A stretch of DNA of 64,000 bases from an uncultured Verrucomicrobiae bacterium (GTDB lineage Bacteria > Verrucomicrobiota > Verrucomicrobiia > Limisphaerales > UBA11358). How positions within the stretch are numbered: position 1 is the stretch's first letter; every line of letters begins with the position of its first letter. The position numbers were made by a program, and so were the translations under genes. The stretch covers positions 2,733,581-2,797,580 of the forward strand of contig CAWJTA010000002.1 in assembly GCA_963845665.1 (NCBI GenBank), given 5' to 3'. Shown one piece after another: positions 1 through 8,103 of this stretch. Under the pieces are notes generated by a model that was given only the letters and a program-made list of their open reading frames with translations, was not told the origin of the DNA and did not search any database.

Positions 1-2570
1 ACGATCTCGCTTTCCTTCATATTCCGCCGAATAAACCGGCAAGCAACTGGATCGGATCATGGGGGGCCCATGTCGCCTATGCGACGTTTTTTATCTTTGG
101 ATTGGCGGCGTTCCTCGTTCCTTTTCTGATTGGGGCCTTTGGCTGCAGTTTCATCCTGAATATTTGGCCTTACCTGCGAGAGCGGCGCGTGCATTTGAGC
201 ATTTGGTCGCTTGTCTTCCTTTTCTCATTTTCAGGACTTTTGGAACGGACAGGAAATCTCTTCAAGGCGTTATGGTCCAACATTGATTCGCCCGGCGCCG
301 GCGGCTGGCTCGGCAGCACGCTTTTTGATTTTAAGTTGTTTGGTGACGACTGGGGTTTTTGGGTTTTCGGCGGCGTCGGCGCGACGATCGTCTATGCGGC
401 AGTCTGCCTGATTAGCTTGCTGTTTCTCACCAATTTCCATTTGGGAAGCTGGATTCGAGCCTTGTTGGCCAGGAAGGCTGAGCTGCCGGGAGTAAAATCG
501 CCGCAGGAAACGAAATCGCCGCAGGAAGCGGTACTGGAACGGCGCGCGCGCGAGCTGGAAAAACAGGCGAAGCAGCTTCAGGAACAGGTGGCGCGCTCGG
601 GTCTGGGCGCCGATATGCAGCCCGTACCGGAACCCACCGTCCGCGATTTGTCCGTGCCGCAAGCCAAAGGCCCGCGCATCCGCAAAACGACTGTGCCGGA
701 AATCGCAAAAACCATCGAACCTGCGGACGAAGGGCAGGTCATTCCTGCCAAAGAATTGGCCGCTGCCACAACGGATGAAATTCTCGGCAAGAAAGAGGGG
801 GACAAACCAGCCGGAAAAATAGAAGAACCCAAACCTGCGGAAATAAAGGCCGAAAGCTCGACTGAGAAGGACGAACTGGACAAAAAGGAAAAACCGCCGG
901 CCGAAAAAATCGAATCCGAAGTCAAAATCACGGGCATCGCTCCGGCCAAACCAAAAGCAAGAGCTAAACCGATTGCCGTCGCCCAGACTCCAATTATTGG
1001 GAATTATCAATTGCCGCCCATGGATTTCCTGCAATTGCCGGACATGACGGTCAAGCCGACCGAGTCCAAGGAGGAACTCATGGCCAACGCACGGCTGATG
1101 CAGCAGACGCTCGGGCAATTCGACATTGAAGTCTCGCTCGGTGACATCACCAAAGGCCCGACGATCACGCGTTACGAATTGCACCCGGCGCCCGGCGTGA
1201 AACTTGAAAAAATCACCGCGCTGTCAAACAACATTGCCGCCGCGCTCAAGGCCGAGCGCATTCATATTTTGGCGCCGGTTCCAGGAAAAAGTTCCGTGGG
1301 AGTCGAAGTGCCCAACCTCGTCAAAACCAAGGTCATCATGCGCGACCTTTTGGAATCCGACGAATGGCGTGCGACCAAGACCAAAATCCCGCTGGCGCTG
1401 GGCAAAGATGTGTATGGACATCCGATTGTTGCCGATCTGGCGGAAATGCCGCACCTATTGATCGCCGGCAGCACGGGTTCGGGCAAATCGGTCTGCATCA
1501 ACGCCATTATCGCGTCACTGCTGTATCGTTTTTCTCCGGACCAAATGCGGTTCGTGATGATCGATCCCAAAGTCGTCGAACTGCAGCATTACAACGCGTT
1601 GCCTCACCTGGTTGTGCCGGTCGTGACGGACCCTAAAAAGGTCATCCTCGCCTTGCGCTGGGTCGTAAACGAGATGGAAAAGCGATACCAGATATTTGCA
1701 AAAGTCGGTGTGCGCAACATCGCCACATTTAATTCACGGCCAAACAAAAAACTTGTTCCACAGGAGCCGGAACTCCCTCTCATGTCAAAGAAAGAGAAGG
1801 TCGAGCCGGGCGCGGAAGGTTTCGCGGTGGAAGTGGACGAGGAAATTGTGGTGCCTCGCGAGGAAGACATCGTCATTCCCGAAAAACTCAGCTATATCGT
1901 TGTTATCATTGACGAGTTGGCCGACCTGATGCTCGTCGCGCCGGCGGACGTGGAAATGGCGATTGCACGTATTACGCAGATGGCGCGCGCCGCCGGAATT
2001 CATTGCATCGTAGCCACCCAACGGCCCAGCGTGGACGTCATTACCGGCGTCATCAAGGCAAACATTCCTGCGCGCATTGCCTTTCAAGTCGCGGCCAAGG
2101 TGGATTCGCGGACAATTTTGGACGCCATGGGCGCGGACAAATTGCTGGGCAAGGGCGACATGCTCTATTTGCCGCCCGGCTCGGCGAAATTAATCCGAGC
2201 GCAGGGTGCTCTCATCACCGACCAGGAAATCCAGAGTATCGTCGATTTCATAGCGCGTCAGGGTAAACCCAACTACGACCTGGATATCCATCAACAATTG
2301 TCCAAGCCGTCAGCATCGGATATTCCCAGCGGCATTGATGAGGACGAGGACCTGATCCAGGATTGCATCGAGGTCATCCGCAGTGAGCAAAAGGCGAGCG
2401 TATCGCTGTTGCAGCGACGCTTGCGCCTGGGCTACACGCGCGCCGCGCGCATCATGGATGAATTGGAGAATCGCGGAATCGTCGGGCCGAGTAAAGGTGC
2501 GGAACCGCGAGACATCCTAATTGATTTGGATGGCGGTGGCGCGGATGGGGCAGGGCAGGAAGCCGTCTGA
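1..2570 (+). CDS. ftsK: DNA translocase FtsK/SpoIIIE (5' end runs off the window)
   Basis: The frame is open from nt 3, with no stop upstream of the listed TTG at 102. Hydrophobic N-terminal segments are followed by a Pro/Glu/Lys-rich linker and then the motor domain: Walker A 'AGSTGSGKSV', 'VVIIDELADLM', and a C-terminal gamma domain 'SVSLLQRRLRLGYTRAARIMDELE'. Confidence 0.95.
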   Translation, partial: DLAFLHIPPNKPASNWIGSWGAHVAYATFFIFGLAAFLVPFLIGAFGCSFILNIWPYLRERRVHLSIWSLVFLFSFSGLLERTGNLFKALWSNIDSPGAGGWLGSTLFDFKLFGDDWGFWVFGGVGATIVYAAVCLISLLFLTNFHLGSWIRALLARKAELPGVKSPQETKSPQEAVLERRARELEKQAKQLQEQVARSGLGADMQPVPEPTVRDLSVPQAKGPRIRKTTVPEIAKTIEPADEGQVIPAKELAAATTDEILGKKEGDKPAGKIEEPKPAEIKAESSTEKDELDKKEKPPAEKIESEVKITGIAPAKPKARAKPIAVAQTPIIGNYQLPPMDFLQLPDMTVKPTESKEELMANARLMQQTLGQFDIEVSLGDITKGPTITRYELHPAPGVKLEKITALSNNIAAALKAERIHILAPVPGKSSVGVEVPNLVKTKVIMRDLLESDEWRATKTKIPLALGKDVYGHPIVADLAEMPHLLIAGSTGSGKSVCINAIIASLLYRFSPDQMRFVMIDPKVVELQHYNALPHLVVPVVTDPKKVILALRWVVNEMEKRYQIFAKVGVRNIATFNSRPNKKLVPQEPELPLMSKKEKVEPGAEGFAVEVDEEIVVPREEDIVIPEKLSYIVVIIDELADLMLVAPADVEMAIARITQMARAAGIHCIVATQRPSVDVITGVIKANIPARIAFQVAAKVDSRTILDAMGADKLLGKGDMLYLPPGSAKLIRAQGALITDQEIQSIVDFIARQGKPNYDLDIHQQLSKPSASDIPSGIDEDEDLIQDCIEVIRSEQKASVSLLQRRLRLGYTRAARIMDELENRGIVGPSKGAEPRDILIDLDGGGADGAGQEAV

Positions 2571-2687
2571 AATACATTGGAATGTTGAACCGTTGAAGTT
2601 GGCACGGAGCCCTGAGCGAAAATAGCTGGCGGTTGGCTATGTTTAGGACCGCTTGCGGAACCATTGAATTTCCTGTATTTTTGATTA

Positions 2688-2939
2688 ATGACGGTTTCAC
2701 TTGACAGCGACGTTGAAGACTTTCTGCAGAAGCAAGTCCGCGGGGGTGTATGCGCAGATGCAAGTGAGCTCGTTAACGATGTCATTCGTTCAATCCGCGA
2801 CCAACAGCAAAAACCATTTGAAGTGACACCCGAATTGGAGAATTGGTTGTTGGAAGCCGCTGATACACCTGCAACACCACTGACAAAGAACGACTTTGAC
2901 TCCATTCGAGAGCGTGTTCGCGGGCGGCATAAATTATGA
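2688..2939 (+). CDS. ParD-type (CC2985-like, ribbon-helix-helix) antitoxin
   Basis: 83-aa ORF. 'MTVSLDSDVEDFLQKQVRGGVCADASELVNDVIRSIRDQ' matches the ParD/CC2985 antitoxin pattern. Its stop overlaps the next ATG (ATGA at 2936-2939). Confidence 0.75.
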   Translation: MTVSLDSDVEDFLQKQVRGGVCADASELVNDVIRSIRDQQQKPFEVTPELENWLLEAADTPATPLTKNDFDSIRERVRGRHKL

Positions 2940-3240
2940 CCGTCCGCAAATCGGATGAGTTTCTCGGCAATACGAGTGGTATATTCTAAAGGGAAATCCG
3001 GAAATTGCGGAACGTTACCTTGACACTGTGCGGGCGACCATTCGGCTGATCGAATTGCATCCACAAATAGGGCCAACTGGAAGTTTTGTCCATCCTCGAT
3101 TAAGCGGCTGGCGTTTCTTTGTCGTGTTTCGTCCTTTCAACAAGCACGTTCTCTTTTACGAAATCGCCAACGGCGGCGTGATTTTGCGCCGCACAATGCA
3201 TGGACACCGGAATTTGCCGAGGCGTTTGCTGGAAAGCTAA
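2936..3240 (+). pseudogene. ParE/RelE-family toxin, split by a single-base frame change
   Basis: ATG at 2936 gives 'MTVRKSDEFLGNTSGIF*' with TAA at 2987-2989. The ParE body 'QYEWYILKGNPEIAERYLDTVRATIRLIELHPQIG...FYEIANGGVILRRTMHGHRNL' lies in the adjacent frame. That frame is closed upstream by TGA at 2956-2958 and has no canonical start before GTG 3028. Confidence 0.65.
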
Positions 3241-4742
3241 TTTCCCCAAACCCAATCGCCATTCAAATAGTCAACGGCCCCATTTTTCTTATAGGCTGTC
3301 TTTCCGCCGTCATCGGTCTCGTTCCAGCCGACGGAATAGAGGAGGAATTTTCCCTCTGGCGTGAGCCGATAATGTAACGGTTGGCCATCGATGATATCAT
3401 GCGGGAGGGATTCGATGAATTGTGGCGCGAGTGCGTTGAGCGTTTCGGGATATTGACCGTGAGCGATGCGGTAACGCTCCAATGCGCAAGCCACCCCAGC
3501 CAGACCAACGTCGGTTTGAGCTATGGCAAATCGCCTTGCGCTTGGAATAAGAGCCTGAGTCGCCATTACTGCCTCATACTGGTATGGCGAGGAGTGTTTT
3601 AGTTGCGCCTGAATTTCATCTTGCGTCCGCTTCGAGTATTGCGGTGAAACGATCTGGCGATTTGTGTCAACCAATGTAACGGCATATTGCTGCGACATTT
3701 GTGCCTGGGCCAATTCACTTTGGTAAAAGTAGGCGCTGGGCATGAGATAAAAATGTTGAGTCACGACTTCAGATGTATCTGGATCCAGAACCTTGAATTC
3801 GCGTGTGACTCGCTGGTTGTCGATTGTTTCAATTGCAGATGCGGCTTCCCCACGCATCGCGAATTCATAGTCCTGCAGGAAATCCATTTTTGCTAATGCA
3901 TCCTTGAGCGTAGCCAGTTGGTTATCCGTCCACCGATGCTTTGCCAGGCCTTCCCATATTGGCTGCATGGCAATATTAAAAACTGCTATGCGTACCAGAT
4001 GCGCAATCAAAAACGGCTGGTTGCGAATGGAGTCATTAAGCCGGAACATAAGTTTAATGTCCTCTAGTGCCTTGTCGCTTTCACCGTTTTGTAATTCCGC
4101 GATTGAGCGTAACCCCAGCGCTTGACCCGAACGCTTCAACAACGAAAGCCACGGCAATAATTCACCGCTCGTCACGTCGATTCCGAGATCGTAATCGAGC
4201 GCAAGCCGCGAATCAGGGCGCAGGCTGGCTTTGTGCAGATCTTCGATGGTCGAGTCGTATTTGCTCAAAGCCAGCAGCACGTCTGCGGCCGGCGTTTGCG
4301 ATTGGGGAGACACAGGAAATTCATTCGTCATTGCGGCCAGCGTGCGGTAGTACCGTTGCCAGCTTGCAAGGTCGGTCGTTGTTCCGTTTACCCAGTTACC
4401 GATATTTGGCGACGCTATGGAATCGTCATTGCCGTAGATACTCAAAGAAATACGGCCGGCAATATTCGTATTTGGCCATTCGGAATCGACCAGGCTCTTG
4501 AAAATTGGTGCTTTAAGGAAGTTCCGGTTATCGGACACCGCTGGCGGAGCAAAGGACTGCCAATCAAATGTTTCGCCTTTGGCTGCCATTTCGCGCTTGT
4601 AGTTGTCCCAGGCGCGTTTGCCGCGCCAGTCTTCTTCGGTATAAAAAGCGGCAATCAACGTGGCCAGAACAGCCAGAACGATTAAGAACCAGCGCAGGAT
4701 GCGCCAGCCCCATTTCGATTTAGGTTTGGGCGATTCGTCCAT
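3237..4742 (-). CDS. Membrane-anchored hypothetical protein (501 aa), last gene of the ECF sigma module
   Basis: Long clean ORF with one N-terminal TM helix ('WRILRWFLIVLAVLATLIAAFY'). Its start lies 3 nt after the stop of the upstream small gene. No family recognised. Confidence 0.7.
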   Translation of the reverse strand: MDESPKPKSKWGWRILRWFLIVLAVLATLIAAFYTEEDWRGKRAWDNYKREMAAKGETFDWQSFAPPAVSDNRNFLKAPIFKSLVDSEWPNTNIAGRISLSIYGNDDSIASPNIGNWVNGTTTDLASWQRYYRTLAAMTNEFPVSPQSQTPAADVLLALSKYDSTIEDLHKASLRPDSRLALDYDLGIDVTSGELLPWLSLLKRSGQALGLRSIAELQNGESDKALEDIKLMFRLNDSIRNQPFLIAHLVRIAVFNIAMQPIWEGLAKHRWTDNQLATLKDALAKMDFLQDYEFAMRGEAASAIETIDNQRVTREFKVLDPDTSEVVTQHFYLMPSAYFYQSELAQAQMSQQYAVTLVDTNRQIVSPQYSKRTQDEIQAQLKHSSPYQYEAVMATQALIPSARRFAIAQTDVGLAGVACALERYRIAHGQYPETLNALAPQFIESLPHDIIDGQPLHYRLTPEGKFLLYSVGWNETDDGGKTAYKKNGAVDYLNGDWVWGN

Positions 4743-4745
4743 AAT

Positions 4746-5177
4746 TCAAGTCATCAGAAGTTCCACGCGCCGTTCGCTCGCCGGACGCGGCAAATACGAT
4801 TTCTTCGCTTCAGCAACCGGCGGATCATCCGGCCCCATGAGTTCGCTCAATAGTTGTTGCTGTTGGCGAAACGTCATCATCATTTCAGGAGCATGTTTTG
4901 CCACTGTGATCGGCGACTGGTCGCTTATGGAAAAATTGACCACTAAAATCAGAATCCATACCGCCGCCAATCCCGCCCAAATCACCCGCGACGGCAAGAC
5001 CAGTTCGCGCCAGAAAACGTTTGGAATACCGCACAATGTTGAAATCAATCTGGCCGAAACACTTTGCGCTTTTGTGGCTTTGTTGTTCAATTTTGCGACG
5101 AAATCCCGTCGAATTTCATCCAGCTTCGGTTCGATTGCCTTGTGGCGTGCCAATAGAATTTTACGGGGCGTTTTCAT
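4746..5177 (-). CDS. Small single-pass membrane protein, putative anti-sigma factor by position
   Basis: Start taken at ATG 5177 ('MKTPRKILLARHKAIEPKLDEIRRDF...'), which overlaps the sigma-factor stop by 17 nt. Central TM 'VIWAGLAAVWILILVVNF'. The function is inferred from context only. Confidence 0.5.
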   Translation of the reverse strand: MKTPRKILLARHKAIEPKLDEIRRDFVAKLNNKATKAQSVSARLISTLCGIPNVFWRELVLPSRVIWAGLAAVWILILVVNFSISDQSPITVAKHAPEMMMTFRQQQQLLSELMGPDDPPVAEAKKSYLPRPASERRVELLMT

Positions 5178-5763
5178 TTTTTGCCTCCAATAAAGCCCGC
5201 AATGATTTTTTGGCGTAGTGCAACCGGGACTTGATGGTGCCAATTTGCGCCCCGGTAACGCGGGCGATTTCTTCGAGCGAAAAATCTTCGATAAAATGCA
5301 GCAATAGAACTGACCGATGGGGCAGGGGAAGTCGATTGAGCGCGTTCATAAATTCGGCCTCCGCTTCGCGGCGAATGAGCAGTTCGTCGGGACTATCAAG
5401 CGATTCATCCGGCGCCTCCGGAATTTCATCGAACAAAATTTCCTTGCCGCCCTTTTTCCGCCAATACTGGAGAATCCTCTGATGGGCGATGCCGAAGAGC
5501 CAGCTTCCAAGTTTGTCATCGTCGCGCAGGCTGCCGATATGCCTGGCGGCGGCGATAAACGTCTCCTGGACGAGATCCAGGCTTGTTTGCTCGTGATGGA
5601 CCAGTTCGAAAACATAAACATAAAGTGGCAATTGGTATCTGCGAAAAAGCGCGTCCCAGGCCGCCGGATTTCCTTCTCGGGCCTGTCGTACGGGCAATTG
5701 TTCGCTTTCAGGCATTGCCGGCATTCTCGAGAAGTGGAATGCGCGAATCGAGAAAAGGTTCAT
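5161..5763 (-). CDS. ECF-type RNA polymerase sigma-70 family factor
   Basis: Region 2 ('YQLPLYVYVFELVHHEQTSLDLVQETFIAAARHI') and region 4 ('LPLPHRSVLLLHFIEDFSLEEIARVTGAQIGTIKSRLHYAKKSL') are recognisable. The true start may be an internal Met (5724 or 5715). Confidence 0.9.
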   Translation of the reverse strand: MNLFSIRAFHFSRMPAMPESEQLPVRQAREGNPAAWDALFRRYQLPLYVYVFELVHHEQTSLDLVQETFIAAARHIGSLRDDDKLGSWLFGIAHQRILQYWRKKGGKEILFDEIPEAPDESLDSPDELLIRREAEAEFMNALNRLPLPHRSVLLLHFIEDFSLEEIARVTGAQIGTIKSRLHYAKKSLRALLEAKNENAP

Positions 5764-5837
5764 TTCTTTTTTTCAATTCGCGCTTGTCAACCTGCCGCCG
5801 GAATCCTAAAGTGCGTTAATCAGTTTGCGAAATTGAC

Positions 5838-6509
5838 ATGATGGAATTGATTCAGTTTCCGTGGAGTCCGTTCTGCATTGTGCAGCGGAGGATACTTGAA
5901 TTTTCTGGCGCCCCCTTCAAAATCGTCAACATTCCACATCAGGACCGTTCCCTCGTCTGGAAGCTGACTCGCGAACGCTATTATGGTGTGCCGATTGTGC
6001 GCGACGGCAAAAACGTGATATTTGAGATGGATGAGGATTCCCAGGTCATCGCCAAATACATCGATGAAGAAATGGAATTGGGGCTTTTCCCGGCCCGTTG
6101 GCGCGGGGTGCAATCGGTCCTTTGGACCTTTATTGAAAATGAAATCGAGGGGACCACGTTTCGTTTGAACGATATTTACTGGAAGGAAAATGTCCCGGCG
6201 GCCGATCAGCTTCAGTATCTCCGTCATAAAGAAAGAAAATTCGGGCGTGGCTGCCTTGACCAATGGCGCAAGGACCAAAAGTCCTGGGTCAAAAAACTGG
6301 AAGAGCAATTGATCCCGTTTGAAATCATTCTATCGCACCAGCCGTTTTTGCTCGATGAGCGGCCCCGCTTCGTGGATTTTGACCTGTTTGGAATGCTGGA
6401 GAATTTCCTGTATTCGGGCCATTACAAGCTGCCACCCCGGCACAAAGAAGTGAAGAGCTGGCATGCAAAAATGAGCAAAGTCAAAGTGACGGACTTTGGC
6501 AAAGAATAG
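5838..6509 (+). CDS. Glutathione S-transferase-like / glutaredoxin-2-like protein
   Basis: Thioredoxin-fold N-terminus ('LIQFPWSPFCIVQRRILEFSGAPFKIVNIP') followed by a helical GST-C-like part. Confidence 0.55.
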   Translation: MMELIQFPWSPFCIVQRRILEFSGAPFKIVNIPHQDRSLVWKLTRERYYGVPIVRDGKNVIFEMDEDSQVIAKYIDEEMELGLFPARWRGVQSVLWTFIENEIEGTTFRLNDIYWKENVPAADQLQYLRHKERKFGRGCLDQWRKDQKSWVKKLEEQLIPFEIILSHQPFLLDERPRFVDFDLFGMLENFLYSGHYKLPPRHKEVKSWHAKMSKVKVTDFGKE

Positions 6510-6630
6510 GCGTACCGGCCGCGGTTCCGGGTTTTAGTGAAATATTTTTGTTAAAATTTGTTAAATTCGTGTCAAATTGGGTGTGTGCCTCTATCTATTT
6601 AGCGCGCTCTCGTGGTAAAATTCCTCGTTT

Positions 6631-7944
6631 GTGAAAAACTATATTCTTGATACCAACGTTCTCCTGCACGATCCCCACTCTCTGATGAGTTTTGCGGAAA
6701 ATAGCGTGCTGATTCCCATTGAAGTCATTGAAGAGATGGACCGTTTCAAACGGGAATCCACTGAATTGGGCCAAAACGCCCGGTCGGTCTCCCGCATGCT
6801 CGACCGGTTCCGCGTGGATGGCCATTTAAGTGAAGGCGTGGAACTGCCCAACGGCGGGCAGTTGAAGGTTATATTTCATAAAAATGGCGCCGAGAAAAAT
6901 GGACACACAGTCTTTGCCAGCGACAGCGTGGATAATCGCATCCTCATGCTTGCCTCCTCCGTTCAAAAGGCGCAGCCCAAGAATCCGACCATCCTGGTTT
7001 CCAAGGACATCAATTTGCGTATCAAGGCCGATGCCCTGGGCTTGCAGGCTGAAGACTACGAAAGCGACCATGTGTCCATCACCGATCTTTATACGGGAAT
7101 GATTGACCTCTCGGTTTCCTCGGAAAAGATGACGGAATTCCGCGCCAAAGGGGAATTGTATCCGGACAACGGCAGAAAGTTCTTCCCGAATGAATATTGC
7201 ACGCTCACTGACGAAGCGAACCCCAAAAAGGCCGCGCTTACTAAAGTGGATGCCACGGGCACCAAGCTGGTGCCCATTGTGGATTGCCGGGAGGGCGTTT
7301 GGGGAATCAAACCGCGGAACCGCGAGCAGCATTTCGCGCTGGACGCAGTGCTGGACGACCGCATCAAGTTGGTGACCTTGATGGGCAAGGCAGGAACGGG
7401 AAAAACCCTGCTCGCCATGGCCGCCGGTTTGAAACGCGTGGTGAACGACCGCGAATTTCGTCGGCTTATCGTCGCGCGCCCGACCATTTCAATGGGTAAA
7501 GAGCTTGGCTTTCTTCCGGGCTCTCTCGAAGAGAAGCTGGCGCCGTGGATGCAGCCGATCCATGACGCGCTCGAGATGTTGAGCGACTTGAACATGGGTC
7601 ACGACCATCGCCGAAGTGGCGACCTGATGCGCAGCGGCAGCATCGTTGTCGAGGCGTTGAGCTACATCCGAGGACGCAGCATCGCCAACCAGTTTATGAT
7701 TATCGACGAGGCGCAAAACCTTACGCCGCTCGAAGCCAAGACCATCATCACCCGCGTGGGCAATGGAACAAAAATTGTTTTTACCGGCGACCCTTACCAA
7801 ATTGACAATCCCTACGTGGATTCGTCATCCAACGGGTTCAATTATGTGGTCAGCCGTTTTCGCGACCACGCCATCGCGGCGCACATCGAATTGCAAAAGG
7901 GGGAACGGTCGGAACTCGCGGAATTGGCCGCAAATATCCTGTAG
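6631..7944 (+). CDS. PIN-domain + PhoH-like ATPase (PhoH2/YlaK type)
   Basis: N-terminal PIN motif 'YILDTNVLLHDP'. PhoH ATPase with Walker A 'GKAGTGKTLLA', 'FMIIDEAQNL' and 'GDPYQIDNPY'. Confidence 0.9.
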   Translation: MKNYILDTNVLLHDPHSLMSFAENSVLIPIEVIEEMDRFKRESTELGQNARSVSRMLDRFRVDGHLSEGVELPNGGQLKVIFHKNGAEKNGHTVFASDSVDNRILMLASSVQKAQPKNPTILVSKDINLRIKADALGLQAEDYESDHVSITDLYTGMIDLSVSSEKMTEFRAKGELYPDNGRKFFPNEYCTLTDEANPKKAALTKVDATGTKLVPIVDCREGVWGIKPRNREQHFALDAVLDDRIKLVTLMGKAGTGKTLLAMAAGLKRVVNDREFRRLIVARPTISMGKELGFLPGSLEEKLAPWMQPIHDALEMLSDLNMGHDHRRSGDLMRSGSIVVEALSYIRGRSIANQFMIIDEAQNLTPLEAKTIITRVGNGTKIVFTGDPYQIDNPYVDSSSNGFNYVVSRFRDHAIAAHIELQKGERSELAELAANIL

Positions 7945-8103
7945 GACTCTCTCGATAAAAATTGCGCGCTGAATCCGGCAGGAACGGCGCGCTGCCGTCA
8001 CCATCCGTAGAGCGGGCGGAAAATGCGCGGAATGATGTCCAGCCCACGCTCGTCGCGCCGCTAAAAGCTCAGCGCGCTGTCACTACCATGTTCATGCAGG
8101 CAC

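Noticed and set aside
270-1184. Long antisense ORFs opposite well-supported genes: 270..1184, 12561..13232, 22652..23383, 23810..24637, 25054..25680 and 57530..58195.
   Set aside because: All lie opposite ORFs with clear family motifs. Their translations are Arg/Gly/Pro/His-rich and low in complexity, as expected for the antisense frame of GC-rich genes. They carry no recognisable domains.
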